Assembly (NCBI GenBank): GCA_963758495.1
Contig: CAVWVI010000005.1
Coordinates: 1-64,000 of the forward strand
Length of the DNA: 64,000 nucleotides
From: Oligoflexia bacterium
GTDB taxonomy: Bacteria > Bdellovibrionota > UBA1018
Direction of reading: 5' to 3'
Part shown: in pieces, positions 1-9,548 of the stretch
Position numbering within the stretch: position 1 is the first letter of the stretch
How the letters are laid out: the number at the start of each line of letters is the position of its first letter
Made by a program: the position numbers and the translations under genes
The notes under the pieces: generated by a model
Seen by the model: the letters and a program-made list of their open reading frames with translations, nothing else
Told to the model about the DNA's origin: nothing
Databases searched by the model: none

Positions 1-52
1 TTTTGATGCTGTTTTATAACCCCTCAAACTCTTCAAAAATGGTTCAATTTAA

Positions 53-361
53 ATACAAAGGCACCTCAATCAGGCTCCAGAACTCTATTACTGGGTTAGG
101 GAAAAGAAAGGATCATTAGCAGAAGTTGATTATCTTCTTGGCTGGGGTAAGCATGTATATCCTGTAGAAGTCAAAGCAGGATCATCACAGCGAGCAAAAT
201 CTCTTCAGGTCTTTCTCAATGAGAAAAAAAATTCTCTTTTGGGAGTTCACTTCTCGCTTGAACAGGGTTCATTTGATGAAAGGAATAAAATTCTCCGACT
301 TCCCTTCTACTTGGTGGAACAGCTTCCCAGGATTTTAGACGCGAGAAATCGACTCATTTAA
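53..361 (+). pseudogene. 3' remnant of an AAA_14/DUF4143 ATPase gene
   Basis: Frame 2 reads ...PELYYWVREKKGSLAEVDYLL...YPVEVKAG...LPFYLVEQLPRI*, the typical DUF4143 C-terminus. In-frame stops at 17-19 and 50-52 precede it and there is no start codon. Confidence 0.7.
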
Positions 362-426
362 GGTTGCCCACGGATGTGATCAAGAAACTAAAAGAAAGAA
401 CTAAAAAGAAGGACTTAAATAATTAA

Positions 427-657
427 ATGAACTACAAAAATAAACTCGACTAAATTGACAAGCAGAGCAAAGAGACCCAATCCTTTCGTCCCATCTCCCA
501 GCATGCCCTCAAGCAGATCAAGGAATACTTCCGCATCGGATTGACCTATAGCAGTAATGCCATCGAAGGGAACACACTGACCGAGACTGAAACAAAAATA
601 GTTCTTGAGGATGGGCATGGTCATTTTGAGAGGAAAAAACAGAAAAAAAAAGCATAA
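427..657 (+). pseudogene. Fic-family protein N-terminal remnant
   Basis: MNYKNKLD*IDKQ...FRPIS...EYFRIGLTYSSNAIEGNTLTETETKIVLEDG. The SNAIEGN motif is typical of Fic N-termini. Internal TAA at 451-453; truncated before the HPFxxGNGR motif. Confidence 0.75.
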
Positions 658-771
658 ACTCCAAGTTGTCAAAAAAATGCCAATGGTTATCTATATGTTG
701 TAAAAATAAATGATTTATTTCAGAATAATAAGCTAGGTTATTTTTGTAAATACAACTTTAAAGGTAATCAT

Positions 772-2370
772 ATGATTCATACAGTGAGTTTTAGTGTAAT
801 GCGCGCTAAGAGAATGATTAAAAATGAGAGCGCAAGAGCGGTTTTGGTGCTTCTCATTTCATTCATGCTTATGTCTCAGGTTTCCTTTGCAGGGACTGAT
901 CTTATTTCAGCCGCGTACGATGGCAATCTGTCTCAAGTCACATCTCTTGTTAAAAAGGGAGCAGACGTAAATTATACAAATAATAATGGATCTACCGCTC
1001 TTTTATTTGCGGCACAAAAAGGCCACATAAAAATAGTAAAGTACTTGATAGAAAAGGGAGCAGACGTAAATCATGTAAATAATGATGGATTTACCGCTCT
1101 TTTATTTGCGGCACAAGATGGCCACTCAGAAGTAGTAAAGTGGTTGATAGAAAAGGGAGCGGAAGTAAATCGTGCAGCTAAAGATGGATCTACTCCTCTT
1201 CTGGTTGCGGTAGAAATGGGCCACCAAGAAATAGTAAAGTGCCTGATAGACAGGGGGGTAGACGTAAATCATGCAACTAAGGGTGGAGCTACCCCTCTTC
1301 TGGTTGCGGCAAGTCATGGTCACATAAAAATAGTAAAGTACTTGATAGAAAAGGGAGCAGACGTAAATCATATAGCTAATGATGGATCTACCGCCCTTTT
1401 ATTTGCGACAAAATATGGTTACCAAGAAATAGTAAAGTACCTGATGGAAAAGATAGCGGAAGTAAATCATGCAAGTAATGATGGAGAGACCTCCTCATCG
1501 CCGATTACATCGCATTTTTTGAGTTCTGCGATTTCAAAAAATACAGATACCATTGATCATAAAATAAATGAAAACATTGGACACATCGTCGCTGCTTTTG
1601 ATCCAGAAGAATTACCAGGATCATTCAATACGGGATACATGGACGTTAATGAATCACTTTTTACCTATTTAGATCTAGTTAAAGAAATTAAGAATAATGT
1701 AGGTTATTTTGACTATCAAGCATTATTAAATATTCCTATAGGTAAGCATTCGGAATATAAATTACAAAATTTAGATACAATTGTAGTGGAAATAGAAAAA
1801 CAATTTCACTTAGGAAAGAAAATTTATTCAACTATTTTAGGAAAAATTGGACATTTTGTAACTCTAGCAATTAATAGCGAAGGAAAGGTTACGATCATCG
1901 ACTCAAACAACAGCACTCAACCACAACTAGGAAAAGATGAAAGAGCAGCATTGCTTCAAGCTCTTAATAGTCAGAAGATAATAATTTCAGATGCCACAAA
2001 ACCTATTGAGTTTCGATTCAATAAAGACATTAGAGCACAACAACAGAAAGCTGATAATGACTGTCTCATATATAGTATGCTCAATGCTTCACAAATTGCC
2101 AAAGAAGGAAATATAAGTGGGTACAAATCCGTAACTTCGTTTTTAAACTCTGGCAAAATTGGAAAATATGAAGATTATAAACAAATTGGGAATCCTGATT
2201 TTTCGGACAATAAAAGTATAAGCAATGGCACAACAAAGCTAGTCGATGATGCAAAAGCTAAGTTTTTAAAATCGTATCGGAACGAAATAAAAAAGAGATT
2301 TTTACAATTATTGCCACCGGACATTCAGGATAAATATGGATACAAACCTGAATTAGATTATCATAAATGA
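772..2370 (+). CDS. Signal-peptide ankyrin-repeat protein with C-terminal CE-clan (Ulp1/C48-like) cysteine protease domain
   Basis: Signal-like VLVLLISFMLMSQVSFA (start may be 814); about six 33-aa ankyrin repeats; C-terminal GHFVTL...IIDSN...QQQKADNDC in His-Asp-Gln-Cys order. Confidence 0.75.
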   Translation: MIHTVSFSVMRAKRMIKNESARAVLVLLISFMLMSQVSFAGTDLISAAYDGNLSQVTSLVKKGADVNYTNNNGSTALLFAAQKGHIKIVKYLIEKGADVNHVNNDGFTALLFAAQDGHSEVVKWLIEKGAEVNRAAKDGSTPLLVAVEMGHQEIVKCLIDRGVDVNHATKGGATPLLVAASHGHIKIVKYLIEKGADVNHIANDGSTALLFATKYGYQEIVKYLMEKIAEVNHASNDGETSSSPITSHFLSSAISKNTDTIDHKINENIGHIVAAFDPEELPGSFNTGYMDVNESLFTYLDLVKEIKNNVGYFDYQALLNIPIGKHSEYKLQNLDTIVVEIEKQFHLGKKIYSTILGKIGHFVTLAINSEGKVTIIDSNNSTQPQLGKDERAALLQALNSQKIIISDATKPIEFRFNKDIRAQQQKADNDCLIYSMLNASQIAKEGNISGYKSVTSFLNSGKIGKYEDYKQIGNPDFSDNKSISNGTTKLVDDAKAKFLKSYRNEIKKRFLQLLPPDIQDKYGYKPELDYHK

Positions 2371-2495
2371 TTCTATTCTTGCGGCTTGAATCGGGGATAT
2401 GCTGAGTTTTATCTGAAAAAAAGAATATCTTAACTTCGGATATCCTAATTCATAGTGGTTATTGCAAAATTCAGGATTCATTTTAGAATCAAGAA

Positions 2496-4799
2496 ATGAT
2501 TCAAAATTTCGGCGGGAGAGTAGGAAAATTCCTATTTTATTTCTTAATGATCTTTGTGACACACAGAGCTGTTGCCGAAATCAGTTACCGAGACATGAAG
2601 GGGGTTCATGCTGTATTGAGTCCGGAGTATGACTATTTATCTCCGGTTTATGGATTCACCTTACTTGCCACAAAGACGCTTGAGAATCTAAGATTCTATG
2701 GCAATTACGGTTCTAAAATGGAGGGTTTGGGATGTCTTGAGAAGGCATCTCGGATTCATGAGCTTTTAGTGAAAAATAACGATTGCCCCCAGGATCACAC
2801 GGCTGAGCTGATTCAGAGGCTCTTTCCATCTCAAGATGGTGTGAACTTCGTTGCCAATCAAATTGACTCTGATCTAGTATCCCACTTGACTCCTGAGCTT
2901 ATAGGAAAAGTATTAGGGATGCTTTCTCAGGTTCATGATGAAGAGTTGAAAGATCTAAAAAGACGAGAAAAGTTCAGCGAAAATTTAAAGAAAATTTTAT
3001 TTGAAGGGCTTCATTCCAAAAGAGTGAAAGAACTCTCCAAGCTCATTGTTGAATCTATGCAGGAATCCAGGAGTTCTTCTTTGACTTACTCCAGCCATCT
3101 ACTTGAGCAGGCGCTTCTTGCTTTTTTCTGGAAGAAAGGGGATCAGAGGCAAGACTTTCTACGACTCTTTTACGGCATGGCTCAGCTCAATCCGAGGATT
3201 CTCCGCAAGGGTGATGCCTTGCATGAATTTGAGAATCAAAAATCTTATTTAAAATCGGATGTCCATCTCGCAGAGCTTCAATCAGAGGCTCAAGAAAATC
3301 CAGGAAAGGTGGCTGAAGATTTCATCCGAAATCCAGAGAAGCTCGCTCTTTATGCTCATGAAGATGCGCTTTCTGTGAAGCCTCTTCCTCCCATTTTCTC
3401 TTATGGACAGGCTCGGCATTTGAGTCTAGGGGAGGACGTCTACCCAGATTGTGGAGAAACAAGCCTTAGGAATTTTTTAAATATCGCGATCTATAATCCC
3501 ACGAACGGAAAATTTAATATTGATTTTTTGAGAAATCAGGCACAAAAAAATCCTCAATTACACCTTTATCCAAACTTGATTGAGTTTTATCAGAAGCATA
3601 GTGATCCAGCTTTAGCGATGACTCAGGCACCTCGGAATGAATGGAGTGAGAAAGTGACATCACGCCATGATGGAGTGACTTATCTTAAGCCACAAGAGGC
3701 TCCGCAGTGTGAAATCACCTCACAGAGTTCAGGAGGATTGGGTTTTGATAATATGATGAAGGTATTGGATCGGTTACTTTTTAACCGAGATTCCTCTTCT
3801 TTGACACACGATCGAGCGCAGAAGCTCGATGAGCTTTGTCAATCACTTTCTCGTGAGGGATTTAAACTCAGTTGGAAAGTGGAAGGGGAGACTCAAGGCA
3901 AGGATCGGGAAAAGATCAACGAGACAAAAGATCATGGAATTTCTCTAGTCTTTAGCATGAATGAGACGCCGAGCTTCACTTGGCAATTTTATCCAGGGCA
4001 CTTTGTTATTCAAGAGATTCATCAAGGGAAGGAAAGTTGGAAAGATCGTGTGGGCGTACGGGTAGCTCAGAAGATGATTCAAGGAGAAAAACCCATCTCC
4101 CCTTTGTTCCTGAGTTGGTTTTTGAGTCCATGGAATTTGGACCTGCTTATACCCTATGCTCGTTTAAAAAATATAGTAAGTCTTACTTATGCCCTCCCTC
4201 TTGCATCAACAGATGGAAAGGTTTTTGCATTTGAGAAAATATTAGAGACTGGATTGCATTCCCAGTATCTTCTGGCTCAGAGACTACAGGCAAAGCTTCC
4301 CACTGAGGATTGGGAGGCGCAAAAAAGGATTTCAATTGCACTCGCCAATCAGGATTATCCTTTCCCTTTTGCTCCTCCTGAGAAGACTTTTTCAGGAGCA
4401 GTCTATCAGCGAGTGGGCGATCCAGAGATTGTGAAAAGACTAGGAAAGTCTTGGAAAGACTCTCGAGGATTGATTTGGGGTGATGTAGTTAAAAAGGAGG
4501 ATGGAATCCCACGAAAGATGCATCACTCGGACGCGGAAGCCTACTGTAAATTTATAGGTGCCCGTTTGCCAACGAAAGAAGATTTTGAAAAGTTGGCTGA
4601 AGAAATGGGGAAAGGCTCTCAGAGGGGCTATATTCCACAGTTTTTGCCTCACCTTTACGGATTGTGGTTTTGGTCGTCGTCAGTCGACTCTAGTGATGCT
4701 GCCTATGCCCATACCTTCGATGGCTGGTTTGGCTGCATCGGCCCCAGTCACCGGGATGAGAATGGGGGTGCCGCCCGCTGTGTGTTGCCGACACGTTGA
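2496..4799 (+). CDS. Secreted protein with uncharacterised PDCGETSLRN domain and C-terminal DUF1566/Lcl-like C-type-lectin-fold domain (possible DGR target)
   Basis: N-terminal signal-like segment; C-terminal GLIW...AEAYC...GARLPT..FE.L...WFWSSS...A..F....G......R......ARCV. Confidence 0.7.
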   Translation: MIQNFGGRVGKFLFYFLMIFVTHRAVAEISYRDMKGVHAVLSPEYDYLSPVYGFTLLATKTLENLRFYGNYGSKMEGLGCLEKASRIHELLVKNNDCPQDHTAELIQRLFPSQDGVNFVANQIDSDLVSHLTPELIGKVLGMLSQVHDEELKDLKRREKFSENLKKILFEGLHSKRVKELSKLIVESMQESRSSSLTYSSHLLEQALLAFFWKKGDQRQDFLRLFYGMAQLNPRILRKGDALHEFENQKSYLKSDVHLAELQSEAQENPGKVAEDFIRNPEKLALYAHEDALSVKPLPPIFSYGQARHLSLGEDVYPDCGETSLRNFLNIAIYNPTNGKFNIDFLRNQAQKNPQLHLYPNLIEFYQKHSDPALAMTQAPRNEWSEKVTSRHDGVTYLKPQEAPQCEITSQSSGGLGFDNMMKVLDRLLFNRDSSSLTHDRAQKLDELCQSLSREGFKLSWKVEGETQGKDREKINETKDHGISLVFSMNETPSFTWQFYPGHFVIQEIHQGKESWKDRVGVRVAQKMIQGEKPISPLFLSWFLSPWNLDLLIPYARLKNIVSLTYALPLASTDGKVFAFEKILETGLHSQYLLAQRLQAKLPTEDWEAQKRISIALANQDYPFPFAPPEKTFSGAVYQRVGDPEIVKRLGKSWKDSRGLIWGDVVKKEDGIPRKMHHSDAEAYCKFIGARLPTKEDFEKLAEEMGKGSQRGYIPQFLPHLYGLWFWSSSVDSSDAAYAHTFDGWFGCIGPSHRDENGGAARCVLPTR

Positions 4800-4854
4800 G
4801 CGTGGGTGTCTTGCTGATGATTTTGTGAGGGTCAAAACCTCATTCTTGAGCGCC

Positions 4855-5298
4855 CTAAGTGTCTTGTTTTCGAGCTGATTTAATACTGTCTAAAATTCCA
4901 TTAATGAACGCAGGGGTTTCGGATGTACCAAATTGCTTGGCCAGTTCGATTGCTTCGTCGATAATGACGGGCGTGGGAACATCTGTGCAGTGGACTATTT
5001 CGTAAGTTGCCATACGAAGCAAGCTTCGGTCCACTGAACTCATGCGAGCTACGGACCAATTAGCGGTATGTTTTTCTAAGAGTGCATCCAAAGTAGGAAC
5101 CTCGGTGAGTGTCCCGGTCACGAGTTGGCCGGCAAACTCTCGAATGGTGTCAGGAACATTGAAATGATTGAAGTGATGCGAAAGATGAGTTGCAAGATTT
5201 TGACCCTTAGGCGGTAATTGCCCAGTGGAGTGAGTCGCTAAATCGTACTGATATAAAATTTGAAGGGCAATTTCGCGAGCGCGATGACGGGATTTCAT
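4855..5298 (-). CDS. nusB: Transcription antitermination factor NusB
   Basis: RHRAREIALQILYQ, DRSLLRMATYE, IDEAIELAKQFG...FINGILD. Confidence 0.97.
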   Translation of the reverse strand: MKSRHRAREIALQILYQYDLATHSTGQLPPKGQNLATHLSHHFNHFNVPDTIREFAGQLVTGTLTEVPTLDALLEKHTANWSVARMSSVDRSLLRMATYEIVHCTDVPTPVIIDEAIELAKQFGTSETPAFINGILDSIKSARKQDT

Positions 5299-5359
5299 AA
5301 TATACTTCCAATTCCTATTCCAGATTTAACCTGGATTTTGATTCCGGTGAATGAATTTT

Positions 5360-6628
5360 TTATACTTTATACATAGGAAACATTTGGCAAAGTTCTTTCA
5401 CCTCTGTACGAATTTCAATTAATTTTTCTTGATCGCCTCGAGTTTTTAATGAGCGATCGATCCAGATTGAAATTTGTTTCATTTCCTCTTTTCCCATTCC
5501 ACGAGTTGTAATCGCTGGAACTCCAATTCGAATTCCACTTGTAATAAATGGGCTCCGGCTTTCATTGGGTATGGTGTTCTTATTTACGGTAATACCAGCC
5601 AGATCTAACCAAGCTTCAGCATCTTTACCTGTGGTGTTTCCATGGTCCCATGCTGTTAAATCCACGAGCATCAGATGGTTATCTGTTCCATCCGTCACAA
5701 GTTTGAAGCCCCGGCTCATGAGTTCCTGAGCTAAGGATTTAGAGTTTTCGAGAATTTTTCTTTGATATTCATTAAATGCAGGGGTGAGTGCCTCAGCAAA
5801 CGCGACCGCCTTTGCAGCAATGACATGCATCAAAGGCCCACCTTGAATGCCTGGAAATATCAAGGAGTTGACTGCCTTGATTCGATCGGCGCGGCAAAGA
5901 ATCAGTCCACCCCGAGGACCTCTCAAAGTTTTATGAGTAGTGGAGGTAGTATAGGTTGCGTAAGGAATAGGAGATGGATGTAACCCCGCTGCAACCAGTC
6001 CGGCAATATGCGCCATATCGACTACGAAAGGGATTCCCGCTTCTTGAGCGATATTTCCTAGAGTTTCAAAATCGATGATACGTGGATACGCGCTTGCGCC
6101 TGCGACGAGTACTTTTGGCTTTTCTCGTTTTACTAAATCTCGGATATGATCATAATCCAAACGATGGGTTTCTGGATTGAGGCCATAAGAAATCACTTTA
6201 AAAAATTTTCCGCTGAAATTTGCAGGACTGCCGTGAGTGAGATGTCCGCCGTGGGAGAGGTTCATTCCCATTAAAGTCTCGCCGGGAGACATTAAGGCAA
6301 GATAAGCAGCCATATTGGCTTGTGAACCCGAATGGGGTTGAACATTGGCTGCCTCAGCTCCAAAAATTCGACAAGCTCGTTCAATGGCTAAAGCTTCAAC
6401 CTGGTCTACGAATTCACATCCACCATAATAGCGCTTTCCAGGATAACCTTCTGCATACTTATTCGTGAGAATGGATCCTTGTGCTTCTAAAACGGCAGAG
6501 CTGACATAATTTTCAGATGCAATGAGCTCGATGCCTTCTTCTTCCCTTGTCCATTCCCGTTGAATCGAGGCGAAAATAGCTGGGTCTGCATCTTTTAAAT
6601 TTCGAGTGAACATAGGAACAGGTGTCAT
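5360..6628 (-). CDS. glyA: Serine hydroxymethyltransferase
   Basis: [34 protein letters not shown]. Confidence 0.99.
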   Translation of the reverse strand: MTPVPMFTRNLKDADPAIFASIQREWTREEEGIELIASENYVSSAVLEAQGSILTNKYAEGYPGKRYYGGCEFVDQVEALAIERACRIFGAEAANVQPHSGSQANMAAYLALMSPGETLMGMNLSHGGHLTHGSPANFSGKFFKVISYGLNPETHRLDYDHIRDLVKREKPKVLVAGASAYPRIIDFETLGNIAQEAGIPFVVDMAHIAGLVAAGLHPSPIPYATYTTSTTHKTLRGPRGGLILCRADRIKAVNSLIFPGIQGGPLMHVIAAKAVAFAEALTPAFNEYQRKILENSKSLAQELMSRGFKLVTDGTDNHLMLVDLTAWDHGNTTGKDAEAWLDLAGITVNKNTIPNESRSPFITSGIRIGVPAITTRGMGKEEMKQISIWIDRSLKTRGDQEKLIEIRTEVKELCQMFPMYKV

Positions 6629-7080
6629 TTGGCCTCCAGTGAACTTATTTTTTTAACCCGCATTAAATGCCGAGGATCTTCTGAAAAGGATGTAGTGAGC
6701 CAAGCCTTTGCAATTTCAACTCCGTATTCAGGAGCCACAAAACGAGAACCTAAACAAAGTACGTTCGCATCATTGTGTTCCTTGGATAACCTTGCGGCAA
6801 CTGGGTTTTCAACGACAGCAGCACGGATTCCAGGAATCTTATTGGCCGCAATGCTCATCCCGATTCCACTTCCACAGATGAGAAGACCATAACGGGCTTC
6901 GCCAGAAGTAATTTTGGTGCCGAGTAATTCTGCGTAATCAGGATAATCGACTCGTGATGAATCCATTGGACCTAGGTCTACCCATTCCCAGCTAGCGAGG
7001 CGTTTTTGGATTTCAGCTTTTAAGGCAATTCCAGCATGATCCGAAGCGATAAGAATGCGTTTTTCCGAAGGTATGAGCAT
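6625..7080 (-). CDS. rpiB: Ribose-5-phosphate isomerase B
   Basis: [33 protein letters not shown]. Start placed at 7080 because the longer ORF overlaps fabF. Confidence 0.95.
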   Translation of the reverse strand: MLIPSEKRILIASDHAGIALKAEIQKRLASWEWVDLGPMDSSRVDYPDYAELLGTKITSGEARYGLLICGSGIGMSIAANKIPGIRAAVVENPVAARLSKEHNDANVLCLGSRFVAPEYGVEIAKAWLTTSFSEDPRHLMRVKKISSLEAK

Positions 7081-7087
7081 CTTTCTT

Positions 7088-8404
7088 TTAAATCCTACCA
7101 AAAATAAGACTCGCGTTTGTTCCGCCAAATCCAAAGCTATTTGAGAGAGAAAAATTAAGCTTTTTCTCCACAGCATGATGTGCCGTGAAATTAAATCCAG
7201 ACTCGACACATCCTGCATCGAGGGAGTCCAAATTAATCGTCGGTGGAATTCGACTTTCTCGAATAGCCAAAATAGAAAACATAGATTCCAGGGCGCCTGC
7301 TGCACCCAGTAGATGGCCTGTCATAGACTTAGTCGAACTGATATGGAGATGGTCTTTTCCTTGTGGAAATAACCGTGCAATGGCTCGCGCTTCCTCAATA
7401 TCTCCTGACGGAGTGGAGGTGCCGTGCGCGTTGATATAACCAATCTGTTCGGGATTGAGGCCGGCATCTTGAATGGCCATAGCCATAGCTCGACGGCCTC
7501 CCTCTCCTTCGGGAGAAGGAGAAGTCATGTGATACGCGTCGCCGGAGAGACCGTAACCTAAGATTTCACCATAGATCTGAGCCCCTCTTTTCTTCGCGAA
7601 TTCGAGTTCCTCAAGAACGAGAACTGCCGACCCTTCGCTCATGACAAACCCGTCACGATCCTTATCGAATGGGCGGGATGCCTTTTCGGGATCATCATTT
7701 CGAGTAGAAAGAGCTCTCATGGCAGCAAAGCCCGCTATTCCCATTTTGCAGATCACAGCTTCAGCTCCACCTGTAATCATCACGTCCACGTCTCCGCGTT
7801 GAATTTGTCGAAAAGATTCACCTAAGCTATGAGCGCTAGATGAACACGCAGTGACATTGCAAAGATTGGGGCCTTGTAGATTGAGTAAAATACTGAGTTG
7901 TCCTGAAGCTATATTGGCAATGACTTGAGGAATAAAAAAAGGAGTCACTCGACGGTAGCCTTTAGCCAAGAACTCGTTATGGACGTCTTCTATTTCGGGG
8001 AGTCCACCCATTCCTGCGCCAATATTGATTCCCATTCGAGTGGGATCGATTTTTGATCGTATGGAGTCTAAACCTGAGTCACCATACGCTTCTAATCCTG
8101 CAGCCAACGCAAAATGAACAAAACGCCCCACGCGTCTCGCATCTTTTGAATTGGCTGCCTGTGTAACTGGGGTACTTGAAGTAGGATAGAAGGGGCCGAC
8201 AGAGCGTGTCACATCAAAGCCCTTTACCTCTCCACTGATCGTCACTGGGCAATCTGTCAATTCAAAGCGAGTTGTTCGAGCAATGCCGGATTTGCCTGCA
8301 AGTGCTTGGCTCCAAGTTTCCTTTGCAGAAAGGCCCAATGGGCTGACTGCACCGAATCCTGTGACTACAACGCGACGTTTACCTTGAGATTCCTTCGATG
8401 TCAT
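7088..8404 (-). CDS. fabF: Beta-ketoacyl-ACP synthase II
   Basis: RRVVVTG, TACSSS, NAHGTST, KSMTGHLLGAAG, SNSFGFGGTN. Confidence 0.97.
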   Translation of the reverse strand: MTSKESQGKRRVVVTGFGAVSPLGLSAKETWSQALAGKSGIARTTRFELTDCPVTISGEVKGFDVTRSVGPFYPTSSTPVTQAANSKDARRVGRFVHFALAAGLEAYGDSGLDSIRSKIDPTRMGINIGAGMGGLPEIEDVHNEFLAKGYRRVTPFFIPQVIANIASGQLSILLNLQGPNLCNVTACSSSAHSLGESFRQIQRGDVDVMITGGAEAVICKMGIAGFAAMRALSTRNDDPEKASRPFDKDRDGFVMSEGSAVLVLEELEFAKKRGAQIYGEILGYGLSGDAYHMTSPSPEGEGGRRAMAMAIQDAGLNPEQIGYINAHGTSTPSGDIEEARAIARLFPQGKDHLHISSTKSMTGHLLGAAGALESMFSILAIRESRIPPTINLDSLDAGCVESGFNFTAHHAVEKKLNFSLSNSFGFGGTNASLIFGRI

Positions 8405-8525
8405 ATCACTTCATCTCCCACAGTCATCTTCCTTAGTTGTTTTTCACAGTCATTTTTCATAGTCATCCTTGACTACAATTACAATAATCCTTTTTAAAGT
8501 CATGATTGGATATTGGATGCTCTTC

Positions 8526-8768
8526 TCAATGAGTGGATTTAGATGCAATGTACTTAATTACATCTCCCACAGTTTTCATCTTTTCAGCATCTTCATCTGG
8601 AATATCTAAATCAAATTCCTCTTCCATAGTCATTACTAACTCAACAATATCAAGACTATCAGCCCCTAAATCATCAATAAATGAGGCAGTCGGGGTCACT
8701 TTTTCTTGTTCAACAGCAAGCTGGTCACAGATAATAGTACGAACTCTTTCTTCAACAGAAGCAGACAT
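8526..8768 (-). CDS. acpP: Acyl carrier protein
   Basis: [14 protein letters not shown]. Confidence 0.98.
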   Translation of the reverse strand: MSASVEERVRTIICDQLAVEQEKVTPTASFIDDLGADSLDIVELVMTMEEEFDLDIPDEDAEKMKTVGDVIKYIASKSTH

Positions 8769-8796
8769 CTTTTATCTCCTTTTATTACATACATTC

Positions 8797-9540
8797 CTAC
8801 ATGTACATTCCACCGTTTACCCCAATCACTTGGCCAGTAATATACCGACTTGTTGGGGAAGCCAAAAATGCTACTAAAGACGCTACGTCTTCAGGAGCTC
8901 CAAAAAATCCGAGGGGTACGCCGCGCAGAATCGCCTCTTTTTGTTCATCAGTCAAGGCCCCTGTCATATCCGTTGTAATGAATCCGGGGGTTACTACATT
9001 GACTCGCACTTGGCGGCTTCCCAGTTCTTTTGCAACGCTTTTGCTAAATCCTATTAAACCCGCTTTTGCAGCTGCATAGACACTTTGTCCAGCATTCCCT
9101 GTTTCGCCCACAACGGAAGAGATCTGGATAATACTCCCCTGTTTCTCTCTCATCATTTGTCTTGCCGCTGCTTTGGTGCAGTAAATTGCGCCTTTTAAGT
9201 CCACAGAGAGAGTTTTGTCTAAATCATCATTTTTCATACGGATCAACAGAGAGTCAATGGTGATTCCTGCATTATTGACGAGGACACGAAGGGGGCCTTT
9301 TGTTTTGGCGATGGCTTCTAGTTTTTCGTCTACTTGTTGAGGCATTGACACGTCAAAGCCACAAAGTTCACCGGAACCCCCAGCAGAAGTTATTTTATCG
9401 AGTACCTCACGGGCTTTACTTTCGTTGGAAGAATAATTCAATAAGACAAAAAACCCATCTTGAGCTAAGCGAAGTGCGATAGCGGCACCGATTCCACGAG
9501 ATGCTCCTGTGACTAAAGCAATAGGTTTTTGGATTGTCAT
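8797..9540 (-). CDS. fabG: 3-oxoacyl-ACP reductase
   Basis: TGASRGIG, NNAGIT, YAAAK; fab operon context. Confidence 0.96.
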   Translation of the reverse strand: MTIQKPIALVTGASRGIGAAIALRLAQDGFFVLLNYSSNESKAREVLDKITSAGGSGELCGFDVSMPQQVDEKLEAIAKTKGPLRVLVNNAGITIDSLLIRMKNDDLDKTLSVDLKGAIYCTKAAARQMMREKQGSIIQISSVVGETGNAGQSVYAAAKAGLIGFSKSVAKELGSRQVRVNVVTPGFITTDMTGALTDEQKEAILRGVPLGFFGAPEDVASLVAFLASPTSRYITGQVIGVNGGMYM

Positions 9541-9548
9541 AATAACTC

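Noticed and set aside
415..672. 85-aa minus-strand ORF
   Set aside because: Antisense shadow of the Fic remnant on the plus strand.
2496..4855. Complete DGR locus in the window
   Set aside because: No reverse transcriptase, Avd or adenine-rich template repeat was found; only a candidate target is reported.
7081..7305. 75-aa N-terminal extension of RpiB
   Set aside because: It overlaps fabF in another frame; RpiB similarity starts at Met 7080.
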